A model generated the notes under the pieces. The model did no database searches, was not told where the DNA came from, and saw only the letters and a program-made list of their open reading frames with translations. From Actinomycetota bacterium (GTDB taxonomy: Bacteria; Actinomycetota; Actinomycetes; Nanopelagicales; Nanopelagicaceae), in assembly GCA_010023045.1 (NCBI GenBank), contig RGJX01000002.1, positions 8,999 to 72,998 of the forward strand: 64,000 bases of DNA, given 5' to 3'. The translations under genes were made by a program, and so were the position numbers. Numbering within the stretch: position 1 is the first letter of the stretch; the number at the start of each line of letters is the position of its first letter. Shown piece by piece: positions 1 through 10,163 of the stretch.

Positions 1-971
1 GCGCTGTCACAACCGGAATGACCCAACTATCTACACAAGCACAAGAAGCGGAAGTGAAGCGTGCTCGCGCTGAGAGTGAGATGCGCACCCAGATCGAAAC
101 GATGCGCCTTGGTAATGAGAATCTGCTCCGGGAAACTACGAAGTTAGCGGGAGCGCTCTCAAACTCTCAAACTCGTGGAAAGTATGGCGAAGCTCAACTT
201 GAAACGCTCCTGGAAAATGCTGGATTGCTTGAGAATGTTCATTTCTTCAAACAAGATTATCGAGCATCGGGCACTGAGATCTCTAAACCAGATATCAAGA
301 TATCGGTCCCTGGTGGAAGTGAAATCTTTATCGACTCTAAGTTCCCCTTTGATCGCTTCTTAGAAGCGGTAGTTGAGAAAGATCCGGTCGAGCGCGCTCG
401 CTTAATGGCGCTACACGCAAAGGATCTCTTAGGACATGTAACTGCTCTCGCTAAACGTGGTTATCAAGAGAGCGGAAACTCCCCCGATTACGTTGTTCTC
501 TTTGCTCCCTTCGAATCAATTCTCTCTGAAGCCTTGGATGTTGAACCACAACTCCTACATAAAGCTTTTGAAAAAAATGTCACTATTGCTACCCCAACGA
601 CGATGATGGCGCTATTGCGTACCGTCGCGTATGTCTTCTCCCGTAGCGAACTGGCGAAAAACGCCCAAGAGATTACTGATTTAGCTGGTGAACTATTAAA
701 ACGAATCGGAAAAGTTCACTCCAAGATTGAGACGCTCGGCGATCGCCTCAAATCAACCGAGCGCGCATTTAATGATCTTATTAAGAGCGCTGAAGAGAAT
801 GTATTGAAGCCAGCTCGCAAGATGGTAAAACTAGGAGCGCCATCCTCAAGTAAGTTAAAGGCGCTAGATGAAGTTGATGATGAAGTTCGCGCAATTGCGC
901 CGAAAGCGATAGAAAACTCTGAGGACATAGATTTGGAAGATCTAGATGAAAGCGATAGCGATGACAAATAA
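1..971 (+). CDS. rmuC: DNA recombination protein RmuC, 5' end cut by window edge
   Basis: The frame of ORF 18..971 stays open back to nt 3. The translation shows an RmuC-like coiled-coil part followed by a nuclease-like core (PDIKISVPGG, IFIDSKFP, ATPTTMMALL) and an acidic tail. At 317 aa it is shorter than typical RmuC, so the N-terminus probably lies outside the window. Confidence 0.8.
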   Translation, partial: AVTTGMTQLSTQAQEAEVKRARAESEMRTQIETMRLGNENLLRETTKLAGALSNSQTRGKYGEAQLETLLENAGLLENVHFFKQDYRASGTEISKPDIKISVPGGSEIFIDSKFPFDRFLEAVVEKDPVERARLMALHAKDLLGHVTALAKRGYQESGNSPDYVVLFAPFESILSEALDVEPQLLHKAFEKNVTIATPTTMMALLRTVAYVFSRSELAKNAQEITDLAGELLKRIGKVHSKIETLGDRLKSTERAFNDLIKSAEENVLKPARKMVKLGAPSSSKLKALDEVDDEVRAIAPKAIENSEDIDLEDLDESDSDDK

Positions 972-1395
972 CTCCGCCACAAACCTTCCTAAGCCTCCGA
1001 TAAAGAGCCCGGTAAAAGGAGCTGGTCTAACCAAACCTGGCGTTGTGATCCTGCAATTTCTACTCATTGCCTTCGTGGCGATGGTGGAGATCTTTTTCCG
1101 CTCCAATGTTGGTTTTGTTACCGGTATTGCTATCTGGGCCGCCTATTACGGAGCCTTAATCTATGGAAGAAAGGGAACGACTTATGTAGCGGTAGTTAAT
1201 CCACCTATCGCCTTTGCATTTGCCACGCTCTTCTTGCTTCCCACCGTTGGCGGAATCTCACTTAGTTTTACTCGAATCGGAATTGATCTTGTCACGGGGC
1301 TAGCTAGCGTCGCGCCCTTTTTGATTTCTGGATCCTTATTTGGTTGGTGGCATTACTTTAAAGAGCGCAAGCAACTACTTTCCAGCAGCCTTTAG
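946..1395 (+). CDS. small integral membrane protein (about 4 TM helices), function unknown
   Basis: The 149-aa ORF has several hydrophobic helices. It sits in the conserved actinobacterial position between rmuC and ispH. The start is uncertain (ATG 946 or ATG 961), and both overlap the rmuC stop. Confidence 0.55.
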   Translation: MKAIAMTNNSATNLPKPPIKSPVKGAGLTKPGVVILQFLLIAFVAMVEIFFRSNVGFVTGIAIWAAYYGALIYGRKGTTYVAVVNPPIAFAFATLFLLPTVGGISLSFTRIGIDLVTGLASVAPFLISGSLFGWWHYFKERKQLLSSSL

Positions 1396-2328
1396 ATCCT
1401 TACGTAGCTCTGGTGGCAGGGCAAAGAGCAAGCTCTCCTCCATCGCCCGGAATTCTTCGACATCTGCAAAGCCTCGCCTAGCTAGCTCTTCTAGTAGGTC
1501 TTTTACTAGCAACTCTGGAACTGATGCTCCGCTAGTAACACCGATGGTCTCAACGCCCTCAAACCACTCATCCTTAACTTCACTCGCATAATCAATTAAA
1601 TATGCCGCCTTCGCGCCATACTCCTTTGCAACTTCCACCAAGCGCACCGAGTTAGATGAGTTGGTAGAGCCCACAACAAGTACCAACTCAGTCTGAGGAG
1701 CGATCTGCTTGATCGCAACTTGGCGATTCTGGGTTGCGTAGCAGATGTCATCTGAGGGCGGATCTTGAAGTTGCGGGAAGCGCTCTTTAAGAGTTCCCAC
1801 CATCTGCAAAGTTTCATCAACGCTTAGAGTGGTCTGGGAGAGCCAAGCAACTGGTCGATTTGGATCAATTTCGATGGTTCGCGCCTGTTCTAGCCCATCT
1901 ACAAGTCGGATGTGATCAGGAGCCTCTCCTGCTGTTCCCTCAACTTCTTCATGCCCATTATGGCCAATTAAGAGAATTTGTAGATCTTCGGCAGCAAAGC
2001 GGCGCGCTTCTTGGTGAACCTTGGTAACAAGCGGACAAGTTGCATCAATAGTTTTTAGCTGACGGCTTGCTGCTTCTTCATGAACTTTCGGTGAGACTCC
2101 ATGCGCTGAGAAAACTACTCGCGCACCTTCTGGGACTTGGTCGGTCTCTTCAACAAATATCGCCCCCTTCTTTTCAAGGGATTCGACAACATGCTTGTTA
2201 TGAACAATCTGTTTGCGGACATATACCGGAGCCCCATATAGCTCAAGGGCTTTTTCCACAGTAATTACCGCGCGATCAACCCCCGCGCAATAACCGCGAG
2301 GCGCAGCAAGGAGAACTCGCTTCGACAT
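1375..2328 (-). CDS. ispH: 4-hydroxy-3-methylbut-2-enyl diphosphate reductase
   Basis: The N-terminus [16 protein letters not shown] and the HNKHVV and [10 protein letters not shown] blocks are typical of IspH/LytB. Length is 317 aa. Confidence 0.95.
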   Translation of the reverse strand: MSKRVLLAAPRGYCAGVDRAVITVEKALELYGAPVYVRKQIVHNKHVVESLEKKGAIFVEETDQVPEGARVVFSAHGVSPKVHEEAASRQLKTIDATCPLVTKVHQEARRFAAEDLQILLIGHNGHEEVEGTAGEAPDHIRLVDGLEQARTIEIDPNRPVAWLSQTTLSVDETLQMVGTLKERFPQLQDPPSDDICYATQNRQVAIKQIAPQTELVLVVGSTNSSNSVRLVEVAKEYGAKAAYLIDYASEVKDEWFEGVETIGVTSGASVPELLVKDLLEELARRGFADVEEFRAMEESLLFALPPELRKDLKAAGK

Positions 2329-2353
2329 ACGGGCATCCTATTAGTATCGCGCC

Positions 2354-3529
2354 GTGCTCGAAACTTCAGCGGAAAAACCAGTACCAGTACGCGTAGTTTC
2401 AGAAGCAATTAGCGACTATATAAATCGCCTCGGCCAAATCTGGGTGGAAGGTGAGATCGCACAATTAAATGATCGCGCTGGTTCCGGAATGGTTTACATG
2501 CGCCTTCGAGATCCCAGCGTTGATATGTATTTAGAAGTCACCTGTCCAAGATCGGTCTTTAAAGCTGTTGCTCCCCTTACCGATAATGCTCGAGTTGTAA
2601 TCAATTCAAAAGTTAATTTCTATACCCCAACCGGTCGCCTCTCGCTAAATGCAAAGGAGATCCGCCAAGTTGGCGTCGGCGAGTTATTGGCTCGCCTTGA
2701 AGCGCTTAAGAAAATGCTTGCTGCAGAAGGGCTCTTTGCTTCAGAGCGAAAGAAACCGCTGCCATTCCTCCCTAAGAAGATCGGTTTGATCTGCGGTAGA
2801 GCAAGCGCTGCTGAGAAAGATGTTAAAGAGAATGCCAAGCGGCGTTGGCCGGCAGTTATCTTTGAGACCAGAGAAGTAGCCGTCCAGGGCGCCGATGCAG
2901 TCATCCAAGTTTCGGCGGCGCTGCGTGAATTAGATGCTGATCCCGATGTTGATGTCATCATAATTACGCGCGGTGGTGGTTCATTTGAAGACCTACTTCC
3001 TTTCTCCGATGAAGGTTTAGTAAGGCTTGCCGCCGCATGTAAGAAGCCAATTGTTAGCGCTATCGGCCACGAGCAAGATACCCCGCTCTTAGATTTAGTC
3101 GCTGACCTACGAGCCTCTACGCCAACTGATGCAGCTAAACGAGTGGTGCCTGATATCCAGGAAGAGTTCGAGAAAATTAGCCAACTTCGCCAGCGCGCCG
3201 ATCGGAAGATAAATGATCGAGTGGTTCTCGAAATGACCAAAGTGGTCGGATTGATTCAACGTTCTTTCGCAAGTATCAACTCGCGTTTGATGAGATCAAA
3301 TGAGGAGTTGACTCACTTAATTGCGCGAGTGCGCACGCTCTCGCCACAAGCAACGCTTGATCGTGGTTACGCAGTCGTTCAAAAGCGAGATGGCTCAATA
3401 GTCCGCTCACCTAAAGCGCTCACAAAAGGTGAAGAGTTACGGCTCCGCCTTGCCGAGGGTGTGGCGGTTGCAACAGCCACAGGCGAGGGAACTACTGATT
3501 CAACTACCCGGTCAATGAAAGGCGAGTAG
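2354..3529 (+). CDS. xseA: exodeoxyribonuclease VII large subunit
   Basis: It has an OB-fold N-terminus ([10 protein letters not shown]), ITRGGGS and GHEQDTPL blocks, and a GTG start. It is followed directly by xseB. Confidence 0.9.
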   Translation: MLETSAEKPVPVRVVSEAISDYINRLGQIWVEGEIAQLNDRAGSGMVYMRLRDPSVDMYLEVTCPRSVFKAVAPLTDNARVVINSKVNFYTPTGRLSLNAKEIRQVGVGELLARLEALKKMLAAEGLFASERKKPLPFLPKKIGLICGRASAAEKDVKENAKRRWPAVIFETREVAVQGADAVIQVSAALRELDADPDVDVIIITRGGGSFEDLLPFSDEGLVRLAAACKKPIVSAIGHEQDTPLLDLVADLRASTPTDAAKRVVPDIQEEFEKISQLRQRADRKINDRVVLEMTKVVGLIQRSFASINSRLMRSNEELTHLIARVRTLSPQATLDRGYAVVQKRDGSIVRSPKALTKGEELRLRLAEGVAVATATGEGTTDSTTRSMKGE

Positions 3530-3538
3530 ATTACGAAT

Positions 3539-3748
3539 ATGGCCGAACTAAGTTATGAAGCCGCAAGAGATGAACTCGCAAAAGTCGTAGCAACTCTGGA
3601 ATCTGGTGGGTTGGGCCTTGAGGAATCGCTAAAACTCTGGGAGCGGGGCGAGGAGTTAGCGGCGATCTGCCAAGAGTGGCTCGATGGGGCGCGTGCAAAA
3701 CTTGAATCTGCCAGCCGGCTCGCCTCAAAAGCTGATGAAGCGAAATAG
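3539..3748 (+). CDS. xseB: exodeoxyribonuclease VII small subunit
   Basis: A 69-aa helical protein carrying the SYEAARDEL...LE.G...LEESL.LWERG pattern. It lies immediately after xseA. Confidence 0.9.
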   Translation: MAELSYEAARDELAKVVATLESGGLGLEESLKLWERGEELAAICQEWLDGARAKLESASRLASKADEAK

Positions 3749-3750
3749 CA

Positions 3751-5412
3751 ATGCCTGAATTTATCTACGAAGACCTTCTTCCAGTTGGCCCGGATAAGAC
3801 TGAGTACCGCCTAATCTCCAAAGAAGGTATCTCTACCTTTGAAGCAGATGGTCGGACATTTCTTAAGGTTTCGCCGGAAGCCATTAGAAATCTCACGGAA
3901 GTGGCGATGCATGACATCTCGCATTACTTGAGAAGTGAACATCTTGCCCAGCTAGCAAATATTCTGAAAGACCCAGAGAGCTCCCCAAATGACCGCTTTG
4001 TTGCGCTAGACCTTCTAAAGAATGCAAATATCTCAGCAGGCGGAATCCTTCCCATGTGCCAAGACACCGGTACTGCAATTGTTATGGGAAAGAAAGGACA
4101 ACAAGTCCTAACCTCTGAACGCGATGAGGTCACAATTTCAAAAGGTATTTATGATGCTTTCACCAAGTTAAATCTCCGCTATTCACAACTTGCTCCCGTC
4201 ACCGTTTGGGAAGAGAAGAACACCGGGAATAACCTTCCTGCCCAAGTCGAGATCTATTCTGATTACGAACATGGCGATGAATACAACTTCCTCTTTATAG
4301 CCAAAGGTGGTGGAAGTGCCAACAAGTCATTTCTTTATCAAGAGACTAAGGCGATTCTCAATCCGAAAACTTTCTTTATCTGGCTAGAAGAGAAGCTTCG
4401 CTCACTTGGAACGGCAGCCTGCCCTCCCTATCACCTAGCTATCGTGATTGGCGGAACAAGCGCTGAATTCACCGCAAAGACCGCCAAACTTGCCTCAACA
4501 AAATACTTGGATTCACTTCCGACTACAGGAAATGCGAAGACTGGAAGGGCTTTCCGCGACCCAGAACTTGAGAAACAAGTCTTTGAACTAACCCAGAAAT
4601 TAGGTATTGGCGCTCAATTTGGCGGAAAGTATTTCTGCCATGACGTCCGCGTAATCCGCCTTCCCAGGCATGGCGCCTCTCTCCCGATCTCGATCGCTGT
4701 TTCCTGTTCGGCCGATCGCCAGGCCAAGGCCAAGATCACAAAAGATGGCGTCTTTATTGAGAAATTAGAGACCGACCCAGCCCACTACTTGCCTGAGACA
4801 ACTGATTCCCATCTCGACGATAACGTTATTCGCGTTGATCTAAATCGACCCATGGAAGAGATAACCAAGGAGCTCTCAAAATATCCCGTAAAAACGCGAC
4901 TCTCGCTCACCGGAACTCTTGTTGTAGCCCGCGATCTTGCTCATGCCAAGATCAAAGAGGTGATTGATTCTGGAAAACCAATGCCGGAGTACTTTAAGAA
5001 GTACCCGGTCTATTACGCAGGCCCGGCAAAGACACCACAAGGTTATGCATCTGGTTCATTTGGACCGACCACCGCAGGGCGAATGGACTCTTATGTTGAT
5101 CAATTCCAATCACTTGGCGGTTCGCTCGTGATGCTCGCTAAGGGAAATCGTTCTAAGCAGGTTACTGAGGCCTGCAAAAAATTCGGTGGTTTCTATCTCG
5201 GCTCTGTAGGTGGACCAGCAGCTCGCCTCGCAAAAGATTGCATCAAAAAAGTTGAGGTGTTGGATTACGAAGAGCTTGGTATGGAAGCAGTCTGGAAGAT
5301 TGAGGTTGAAGACTTTCCAGCCTTCATCGTCGTTGATGACAAGGGAAATGACTTCTTTGCTGAAACGAGTAAGCCACTATCGATTGGCACTCGTCCGAGC
5401 GACGCCTTTTAA
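3751..5412 (+). CDS. class I (Fe-S, FumA-type) fumarate hydratase
   Basis: At 553 aa it contains the [11 protein letters not shown] catalytic block and a C-terminal beta-subunit-like domain ([10 protein letters not shown]). This is the fused alpha/beta class I architecture. Confidence 0.9.
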   Translation: MPEFIYEDLLPVGPDKTEYRLISKEGISTFEADGRTFLKVSPEAIRNLTEVAMHDISHYLRSEHLAQLANILKDPESSPNDRFVALDLLKNANISAGGILPMCQDTGTAIVMGKKGQQVLTSERDEVTISKGIYDAFTKLNLRYSQLAPVTVWEEKNTGNNLPAQVEIYSDYEHGDEYNFLFIAKGGGSANKSFLYQETKAILNPKTFFIWLEEKLRSLGTAACPPYHLAIVIGGTSAEFTAKTAKLASTKYLDSLPTTGNAKTGRAFRDPELEKQVFELTQKLGIGAQFGGKYFCHDVRVIRLPRHGASLPISIAVSCSADRQAKAKITKDGVFIEKLETDPAHYLPETTDSHLDDNVIRVDLNRPMEEITKELSKYPVKTRLSLTGTLVVARDLAHAKIKEVIDSGKPMPEYFKKYPVYYAGPAKTPQGYASGSFGPTTAGRMDSYVDQFQSLGGSLVMLAKGNRSKQVTEACKKFGGFYLGSVGGPAARLAKDCIKKVEVLDYEELGMEAVWKIEVEDFPAFIVVDDKGNDFFAETSKPLSIGTRPSDAF

Positions 5413-5426
5413 TTGTTTTCTAATTA

Positions 5427-6023
5427 TTAGTAGTAACGCGAGCGCTTGAATTTAGCGAGCGCCTTACAAGGTGTTTCGTAACGAACATCAATGTAATGAA
5501 GTCCCCAACGGATCTGGGTAACTGGATTGGTCCGCCAATCGGTAGCGATTACATCCATCTTTGCCGCAGGAAGCGCTTGTGGGATTCCATGGGCGCCGGT
5601 GCGTGGATTTCTTGCCCGATAGTTCCAATTACTCTCTCTGGTCCAAAGGGTGTTCAGGCAAGAGAACTGGTAGCTCCCCCAGCCATACTTCTCTTTCGCG
5701 ATCTCGGCAGCAATCTTCTTGGCGCCCTTTGGCGCTCTCGCCTTTTCAACCTGTTGAACCATTACCGAGACCATCAACATATCCATCGACCGAACAGCGG
5801 TGGCATCGCTCATCTCAATCAGCGTTGGTAGAGCAGGGCCGGTCTCTTCTGGAGCGTTGGCCTTTAGATTGGCGCTAGCGCTAACCGGCGCGCTGGCAAC
5901 TGGCTCCTCTTCAACCGGAAGCTGGGCCGAAGCGCCGCTGATTAGTGCGAACTCAAGGGTGGCAAAGAGGGAGATAGCGGCGATCGCCGAAGCCATAAAT
6001 GGCCTAAGGGCTCTCTTTCGCAA
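5427..6023 (-). CDS. secreted lytic-transglycosylase / aggregation-promoting-factor C-terminal-like cell-wall hydrolase
   Basis: The C-terminal block LWTRESNWN..A.NP.TGAHGIPQALP..KM....DW.TNP.TQI.WGL.YI..RY matches the APF/SLT-like domain. I place the start at TTG 6023..6021, 7 nt after AGGAGG (6036..6031). That start gives a clean signal peptide, MRKRALRPF..AAISLFATL..GASA. The ORF-track ATG at 6056 has no SD. Confidence 0.75.
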   Translation of the reverse strand: MRKRALRPFMASAIAAISLFATLEFALISGASAQLPVEEEPVASAPVSASANLKANAPEETGPALPTLIEMSDATAVRSMDMLMVSVMVQQVEKARAPKGAKKIAAEIAKEKYGWGSYQFSCLNTLWTRESNWNYRARNPRTGAHGIPQALPAAKMDVIATDWRTNPVTQIRWGLHYIDVRYETPCKALAKFKRSRYY

Positions 6024-6082
6024 GCGTCTACCTCCTCTTTCGAGGTTCATATACAAGGGGGAATCGGTTAGTTACCGGCCGT

Positions 6083-6100
6083 AAGGGTGACAAAGGGTGA
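6083..6100. repeat. tandem direct repeat AAGGGTGA-ca-AAGGGTGA (10-bp phase) in the leader/promoter region of the cell-wall hydrolase gene
   Basis: There are exact 8-nt copies at 6083..6090 and 6093..6100. The second copy runs into a GGGTG-aggg-CACCC hairpin (6095..6108). Confidence 0.9.
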
Positions 6101-6210
6101 GGGCACCCGCAAATCTAAACAGGCGTGTGGCGGAAAAATATGAAATCTCACAGGAATTGTGGATATAAAAAGCCCAGTTCGCTACGGTAAATGTCCGAAA
6201 TAGACCTTTT

Positions 6211-6236
6211 GAAGCAAAACCCCTATTTTCAGGGAT
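6211..6236 (-). terminator. weak candidate intrinsic terminator after phoH2
   Basis: The minus strand reads ATCCCT-GAAAAT-AGGGGT followed by TTTGCTT, starting 4 nt after the phoH2 stop. The stem is only 6 bp including one G.U pair. Confidence 0.3.
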
Positions 6237-6239
6237 ATT

Positions 6240-7595
6240 TCATGCAAAGAGCTGAACTGGATCCTCAAGAAGCTCAGTGACCAGGGCGGCGATTTGGGAG
6301 CGCTCCGAGCGGGTCAAGGTTATGTGAGCAAAGAGCGGATGTCCCTTGAGCGATTCGATGACGGCAACGACTCCATCGTGGCGGCCAACCCGGAGGTTGT
6401 CGCGCTGGGCGACATCGTGGGTCAGGACAACTCGTGAACCTTGGCCAATTCGGGATAGGACGGTTAGGAGAACTCCCCGCTCTAAGGATTGGGCCTCATC
6501 AACAATTACAAAGGCATCATGAAGTGAGCGCCCCCGGATATGGGTAAGTGGAAGAACTTCGATCAACCCACGATCCATAATCTCTTCAATTACCTGATTT
6601 GAAACTAGCGCGCCTAGAGTGTCGAAGACTGCTTGAGCCCAAGGAGACATCTTCTCCCCTTCGGTTCCGGGCAAGTAGCCAAGCTCTTGTCCGCCAACTG
6701 GGTAGAGCGGGCGGAAGACCACCACTTTCTTATGGAGGCGCCGCTCCATCACAGCCTCCAACCCGGCGCATAGAGCTAACGCAGACTTTCCAGTTCCTGC
6801 CCGGCCACCGAGAGAGACGATTCCAACTTCATTATCGAGAAGAAGATCAAGGGCCACTCGCTGTTCAGCCGAACGGCCATGGATTCCGAAAGCGCTCCGA
6901 TCGCCCCGAACTAGAACTAGCGATTTATCAGCGGTAACTCTCGCTAGCGCGCTGCCCTTTTCAGAGTGCAGTACGACTCCGGTATGGCAAGGAAGATCCT
7001 TTGCAAGCGGGTCACTTACTTTTTCACCAGACTTATCAGCAGCGTAGAGGGCATCAATTAATTTACTGCCAACGCTCTCCTCCACCATCCCAGTCCAACC
7101 GCTACTTGGCACCAACTCGGCGCGATACTCCTCAGCAGTTATTCCAACCGAGGAGGCTTTTACTCGAAGCGGAAGATCTTTTGTAACAAGAACTACATCT
7201 TTACCTTCACTTACCAAATTTCTAGCAATCGCAAGTATGCGAGAGTCATTAGTGCCATCGCGCAAGAAGCCATGTGGAAGTGAGGATGTATCAGTGTGGT
7301 TCAACTCAACTGAGAGAGTTCCGCCAGCTGCATTTATTTTCAGTGGTTGATCCAGCCGTCCATGGGCAACTCTTAAATCATCAAGTGCGCGTAGGGCCGC
7401 CCGGGCGAAATAGCCCAATTCGGGGTGGTCGCGCTTGCTCTCTAGTTCGCCAATAACAGCGATTGGAATGATGATTTCATGCTCTTCGAAGCGATATAGG
7501 GCGGTGGGGTCGGCGAGCAAGACGCTCGTATCCAGGACGTAAGTCTTTGTAACTTCAGAGCTACGACGGGCCAATTGGCTCCTCTTCCGGCTCAA
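6240..7595 (-). CDS. phoH2: PhoH2-type protein: N-terminal PIN domain fused to a PhoH-like ATPase
   Basis: The PIN block is [10 protein letters not shown]...[10 protein letters not shown]. The Walker A motif is GRAGTGKS and the Walker B-like motif is FVIVDEAQ. The annotated start is TTG, so the exact start is uncertain. Confidence 0.85.
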   Translation of the reverse strand: MSRKRSQLARRSSEVTKTYVLDTSVLLADPTALYRFEEHEIIIPIAVIGELESKRDHPELGYFARAALRALDDLRVAHGRLDQPLKINAAGGTLSVELNHTDTSSLPHGFLRDGTNDSRILAIARNLVSEGKDVVLVTKDLPLRVKASSVGITAEEYRAELVPSSGWTGMVEESVGSKLIDALYAADKSGEKVSDPLAKDLPCHTGVVLHSEKGSALARVTADKSLVLVRGDRSAFGIHGRSAEQRVALDLLLDNEVGIVSLGGRAGTGKSALALCAGLEAVMERRLHKKVVVFRPLYPVGGQELGYLPGTEGEKMSPWAQAVFDTLGALVSNQVIEEIMDRGLIEVLPLTHIRGRSLHDAFVIVDEAQSLERGVLLTVLSRIGQGSRVVLTHDVAQRDNLRVGRHDGVVAVIESLKGHPLFAHITLTRSERSQIAALVTELLEDPVQLFA

Positions 7596-7712
7596 ATATT
7601 CTCTTTTTCTCGCACTAACAACCTCGTTAGTGAGGGAAGTTGGCTACTGGAAAAAGGTAAATCCTTACCGAAGAACTTTTTGGCGACACGCTCAAGTTGA
7701 GGTTGAGGTTTT

Positions 7713-8501
7713 TTACTTACCTAGCCGGCGCTCTCGAATCGCATATGAACGCAGCGCCCGGAGGAAATCCACTTTTCTAAAATCTGGCCAATAGGCTTCA
7801 CAGAAATAAAACTCCGATTGATGGCTCTGCCAGAGTAAGAAACCTCCCAGGCGTTGTTCGCCAGAAGTTCTAATCACCAACTCTGGATCCGGTTGGCCGG
7901 CGGTGTAGAGGTACTGGTCAATTTTCTCAGCAGAGAGGGCTTCGGCAATTTCACCAGCGTTCTTACCGATAGAACCGGCCTCAGATATATAGCGCTTAAC
8001 GGCATCGATAATCTCAAGGCGTCCGCCATAACCGATTGCAACATTTACGGTGATTCCGTCGATTGAAGCAGTCTTCGACTCAACTTCACGGAGCATTTTC
8101 TGTAGCGACTCTGGCAAGAGCTCAAAGGAGCCGACCGGTCGAATCTTCCAACGGCCGGCTGAGCGGAGTCGCTCGACCGCATCTTCAATGATTCCAAGTA
8201 GCGATTCGATCTCATCGCTATCTCGTTTGAAGTTATCGCTTGATAACAACCAGAGCGTTACTACCTCAATCTCGGTCGCTTCGCACCAATCAAGAAGTTC
8301 AACTATTTTCTCGGCACCAGCAATATGACCGCGGCGTGGAGAGGTGTCACCGGTTGGAGAGGGATTCTCTTTCGACCATCGCCTATTGCCATCGAGGATT
8401 ACGCCGATATGGCGAGGGGTCTTTGCTAGATCTAGGCGATTGAGGAGGCGCTTTTCGTAGAGTGGATAAATTGCAGATTTGATTAGGGACTTAATTGTCA
8501 T
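7713..8501 (-). CDS. uppS: isoprenyl transferase (cis-prenyl diphosphate synthase, UppS family)
   Basis: The PRHIGVILDGNRRW motif and the RTSGE.RLS/G.FLLWQ block identify the family. The 262-aa size resembles the short actinobacterial Z-prenyl diphosphate synthases. Confidence 0.9.
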   Translation of the reverse strand: MTIKSLIKSAIYPLYEKRLLNRLDLAKTPRHIGVILDGNRRWSKENPSPTGDTSPRRGHIAGAEKIVELLDWCEATEIEVVTLWLLSSDNFKRDSDEIESLLGIIEDAVERLRSAGRWKIRPVGSFELLPESLQKMLREVESKTASIDGITVNVAIGYGGRLEIIDAVKRYISEAGSIGKNAGEIAEALSAEKIDQYLYTAGQPDPELVIRTSGEQRLGGFLLWQSHQSEFYFCEAYWPDFRKVDFLRALRSYAIRERRLGK

Positions 8502-8511
8502 GAATCAGCGC

Positions 8512-8814
8512 CTAGAACTTGTACTCGCGCGAAACCCTTCGCTCGGCAATGAAGGAGAAGACTGGCAAAGTGCCGGCGAGAATAAACATAATCATCCGCT
8601 TGATCGTAAAACGAGCCTTTGCGGTGAAATGAATGGCGGTGAGGACGTAAAAGGCATATACGTAGCCATGTACAAATGGAATCCACTTGACCTTGGCCTC
8701 TAACTCCGGAGCATCAAGCAAGTAGACAACCGGTAGCTCGACAAACCAGAGCAATAGGGACATTACCCCTGCGAGGAGCGCCATCACTCGAAATCTCAGG
8801 ACTACGCCCTTCAC
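8512..8814 (-). CDS. DUF3817-like small membrane protein
   Basis: It has three hydrophobic helices and an LRFRV..LLAG N-terminal pattern. I trimmed the ORF to GTG 8814..8812, which overlaps the upstream TAG stop by 1 nt (TAGTG). The longer ATG version would overlap the upstream gene by 79 nt. Confidence 0.6.
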   Translation of the reverse strand: MKGVVLRFRVMALLAGVMSLLLWFVELPVVYLLDAPELEAKVKWIPFVHGYVYAFYVLTAIHFTAKARFTIKRMIMFILAGTLPVFSFIAERRVSREYKF

Positions 8815-9515
8815 TATTTGGCTCTCCCCTCGCGCTCTCGAAATCTGCTGTATATCGGTAAGAAAACTACTACGAGTGCCATAAGCCACCAAATAACAAC
8901 ATATGCGATGTGCTGCCAGTAGTAGCCCGGGATTGTGGGAGCTGCTGGATCGAGCAAGGCCCTTGGTACCTCAAGTGAAAATCCATCTCGAAGCTCGCTA
9001 TTGGCTAGGACAAAGCCATCGTAGTAATCCCCCGGGTAATCGCCGACAAGGAGTGAGGGATCTAGGCGACTTAATCGACCCTCGCTTCTATCACTGAGAT
9101 CTTCATATTGGCGATGAAAGAGCCGGCCGGTTACAACTATGTCGCCTCGAGGAAGATCGCTATTGGAGTTACTTCTTACTACCAGGATGTAGCCGCCACC
9201 ATCTACCTCCATCAGACCTACTAACCAAGTTTCGCGTACGCCCTTACTATTTATTTGATTGGGAGCATCAAATTGCGCAACATAACTTCCAGAGAATTCA
9301 ACAATTCGATTTACCGATTCTCCAGGCAGGTTGGAGTTTGGTTTAGAAACTTTAGATAGAGCGATGAGTGGCTGCTCTTCATATGGTTTCTGTAACTCCG
9401 CTACTTGGGCTGCCCGATCAAGTTGCCAGAAGCCAAGGGCTATGAAGCTAAAGAAAGCGATTACTGCAATCGAAAATTGAAATAGCTGAGAGAGACGAGA
9501 CTTACTTTGACTCAT
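8814..9515 (-). CDS. SURF1-like cytochrome oxidase biogenesis protein
   Basis: It has an N-terminal TM helix followed by GFWQLDR, and a C-terminal TM helix (HIAYVVIWWLMALVV), which is the SURF1 topology. The start is taken at ATG 9515 (MSQSKSRLSQ). Confidence 0.7.
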   Translation of the reverse strand: MSQSKSRLSQLFQFSIAVIAFFSFIALGFWQLDRAAQVAELQKPYEEQPLIALSKVSKPNSNLPGESVNRIVEFSGSYVAQFDAPNQINSKGVRETWLVGLMEVDGGGYILVVRSNSNSDLPRGDIVVTGRLFHRQYEDLSDRSEGRLSRLDPSLLVGDYPGDYYDGFVLANSELRDGFSLEVPRALLDPAAPTIPGYYWQHIAYVVIWWLMALVVVFLPIYSRFREREGRAK

Positions 9516-9659
9516 CTTCGATCCGTCGTTGCTCCATTCGCTTATATCGTTTATAGAAACTTCGAAGTAATACAACCGTGGCTAAGGTAAGAGTGATCAT
9601 TGTTATCGATCCGGCAATGCCCTGATCTAAGTAGCCGCTTTCCATGCGAGAATCATCCC

Positions 9660-10121
9660 ATGTTTGGAAAATTCGGCTCCAGAAAAGCCGGGCCGCATCG
9701 ATTCAAAGAGATCTTTGATGAACTGCCGAGAGAGACTCAAGAGCTTCTAAATTCTCGATATGGAGTCTCCGGAACTAGTTATTGGAGATACCTAGCCCTG
9801 GTTGCGCTGGCTATTGGATTGCCCTGGTTGATGTGGAGCGCTTGGTACCACTCAAACCCAGCAGCCCGGGTGACTTTAGTTAGCTTCACCCCAATCGATG
9901 ATCGCTCAATCGAGATTACTTTTGACCTTGATCGAAAAGATTCAACAATCGACCATACCTGCACATTAATTGCTCGGGACTATGAGAAAAATGTCGTGGG
10001 CGAGATTGATATCCCAGTTGCTCCCAGCGCCACAAACCCCGTTGAGATAACGGCAACAATCCCGACTCGGTTAGCGGCGGTAAATGCCGGCGTCCTTGAG
10101 TGCCGCCCTAGCGAGCGCTAA
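9660..10121 (+). CDS. DUF4307-like single-pass membrane protein
   Basis: It shows the conserved position upstream of greA seen in actinobacteria: one TM helix followed by a beta-rich domain. The start is taken at ATG 9660 (MFGKFGSRK). Confidence 0.6.
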   Translation: MFGKFGSRKAGPHRFKEIFDELPRETQELLNSRYGVSGTSYWRYLALVALAIGLPWLMWSAWYHSNPAARVTLVSFTPIDDRSIEITFDLDRKDSTIDHTCTLIARDYEKNVVGEIDIPVAPSATNPVEITATIPTRLAAVNAGVLECRPSER

Positions 10122-10163
10122 CGCCCAACGCAAACTATAGAAACTCGCAATAAACTCCCGCCC

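Noticed and set aside
2620-3240. 206-aa ORF antisense to xseA. Similar long antisense ORFs occur at 5496..5878, 10921..11268, 17257..17766, 28360..28725, 44233..44625, 51647..52024, 52399..52737 and 55531..55911.
   Set aside because: Each lies entirely inside a gene with strong family signatures on the opposite strand. Their translations are low-complexity (Ser/Arg/Ala/Pro-rich) and none has recognisable motifs. This is typical of shadow ORFs.
3751-5412. Class I fumarase in the xseAB neighbourhood as a non-orthologous displacement of fumC.
   Set aside because: As I recall, several actinobacteria (for example Streptomyces) carry class I fumarase near this neighbourhood alongside class II. Without the rest of the genome, displacement cannot be claimed.
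6057-6110. ydaO-type c-di-AMP riboswitch call. The segment GGGGGAATCGGTTAGTTACCGGCCGTAAGGGTG resembles the conserved GAATC...AGCTAACC.CGTAAGCG 3' half of the motif.
   Set aside because: The resemblance is on the plus strand, while the only gene it could control (the hydrolase at 5427..6023) is on the minus strand. On the plus strand the 5' half would fall inside that gene's coding sequence, and nothing lies downstream. I kept it only as a generic structured-leader finding pending a covariance-model search.
7596-7712. Hairpins in the uppS/phoH2 spacer: CACTAAC-aacctc-GTTAGTG, and GGTAA-ggat-TTACC followed by TTTTT on the minus strand.
   Set aside because: The longer stem has no following T-run in the transcribed orientation. 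The T-run hairpin has only a 5-bp stem. Both are too weak to call a terminator or a structured RNA without a folding calculation.
8512-9575. Long versions of the DUF3817 (8512..8892) and SURF1-like (8814..9575) ORFs, which would overlap by 79 nt.
   Set aside because: The N-terminal extensions lack family features. Internal starts (GTG 8814, ATG 9515) give standard protein lengths and a 1-nt stop/start overlap.
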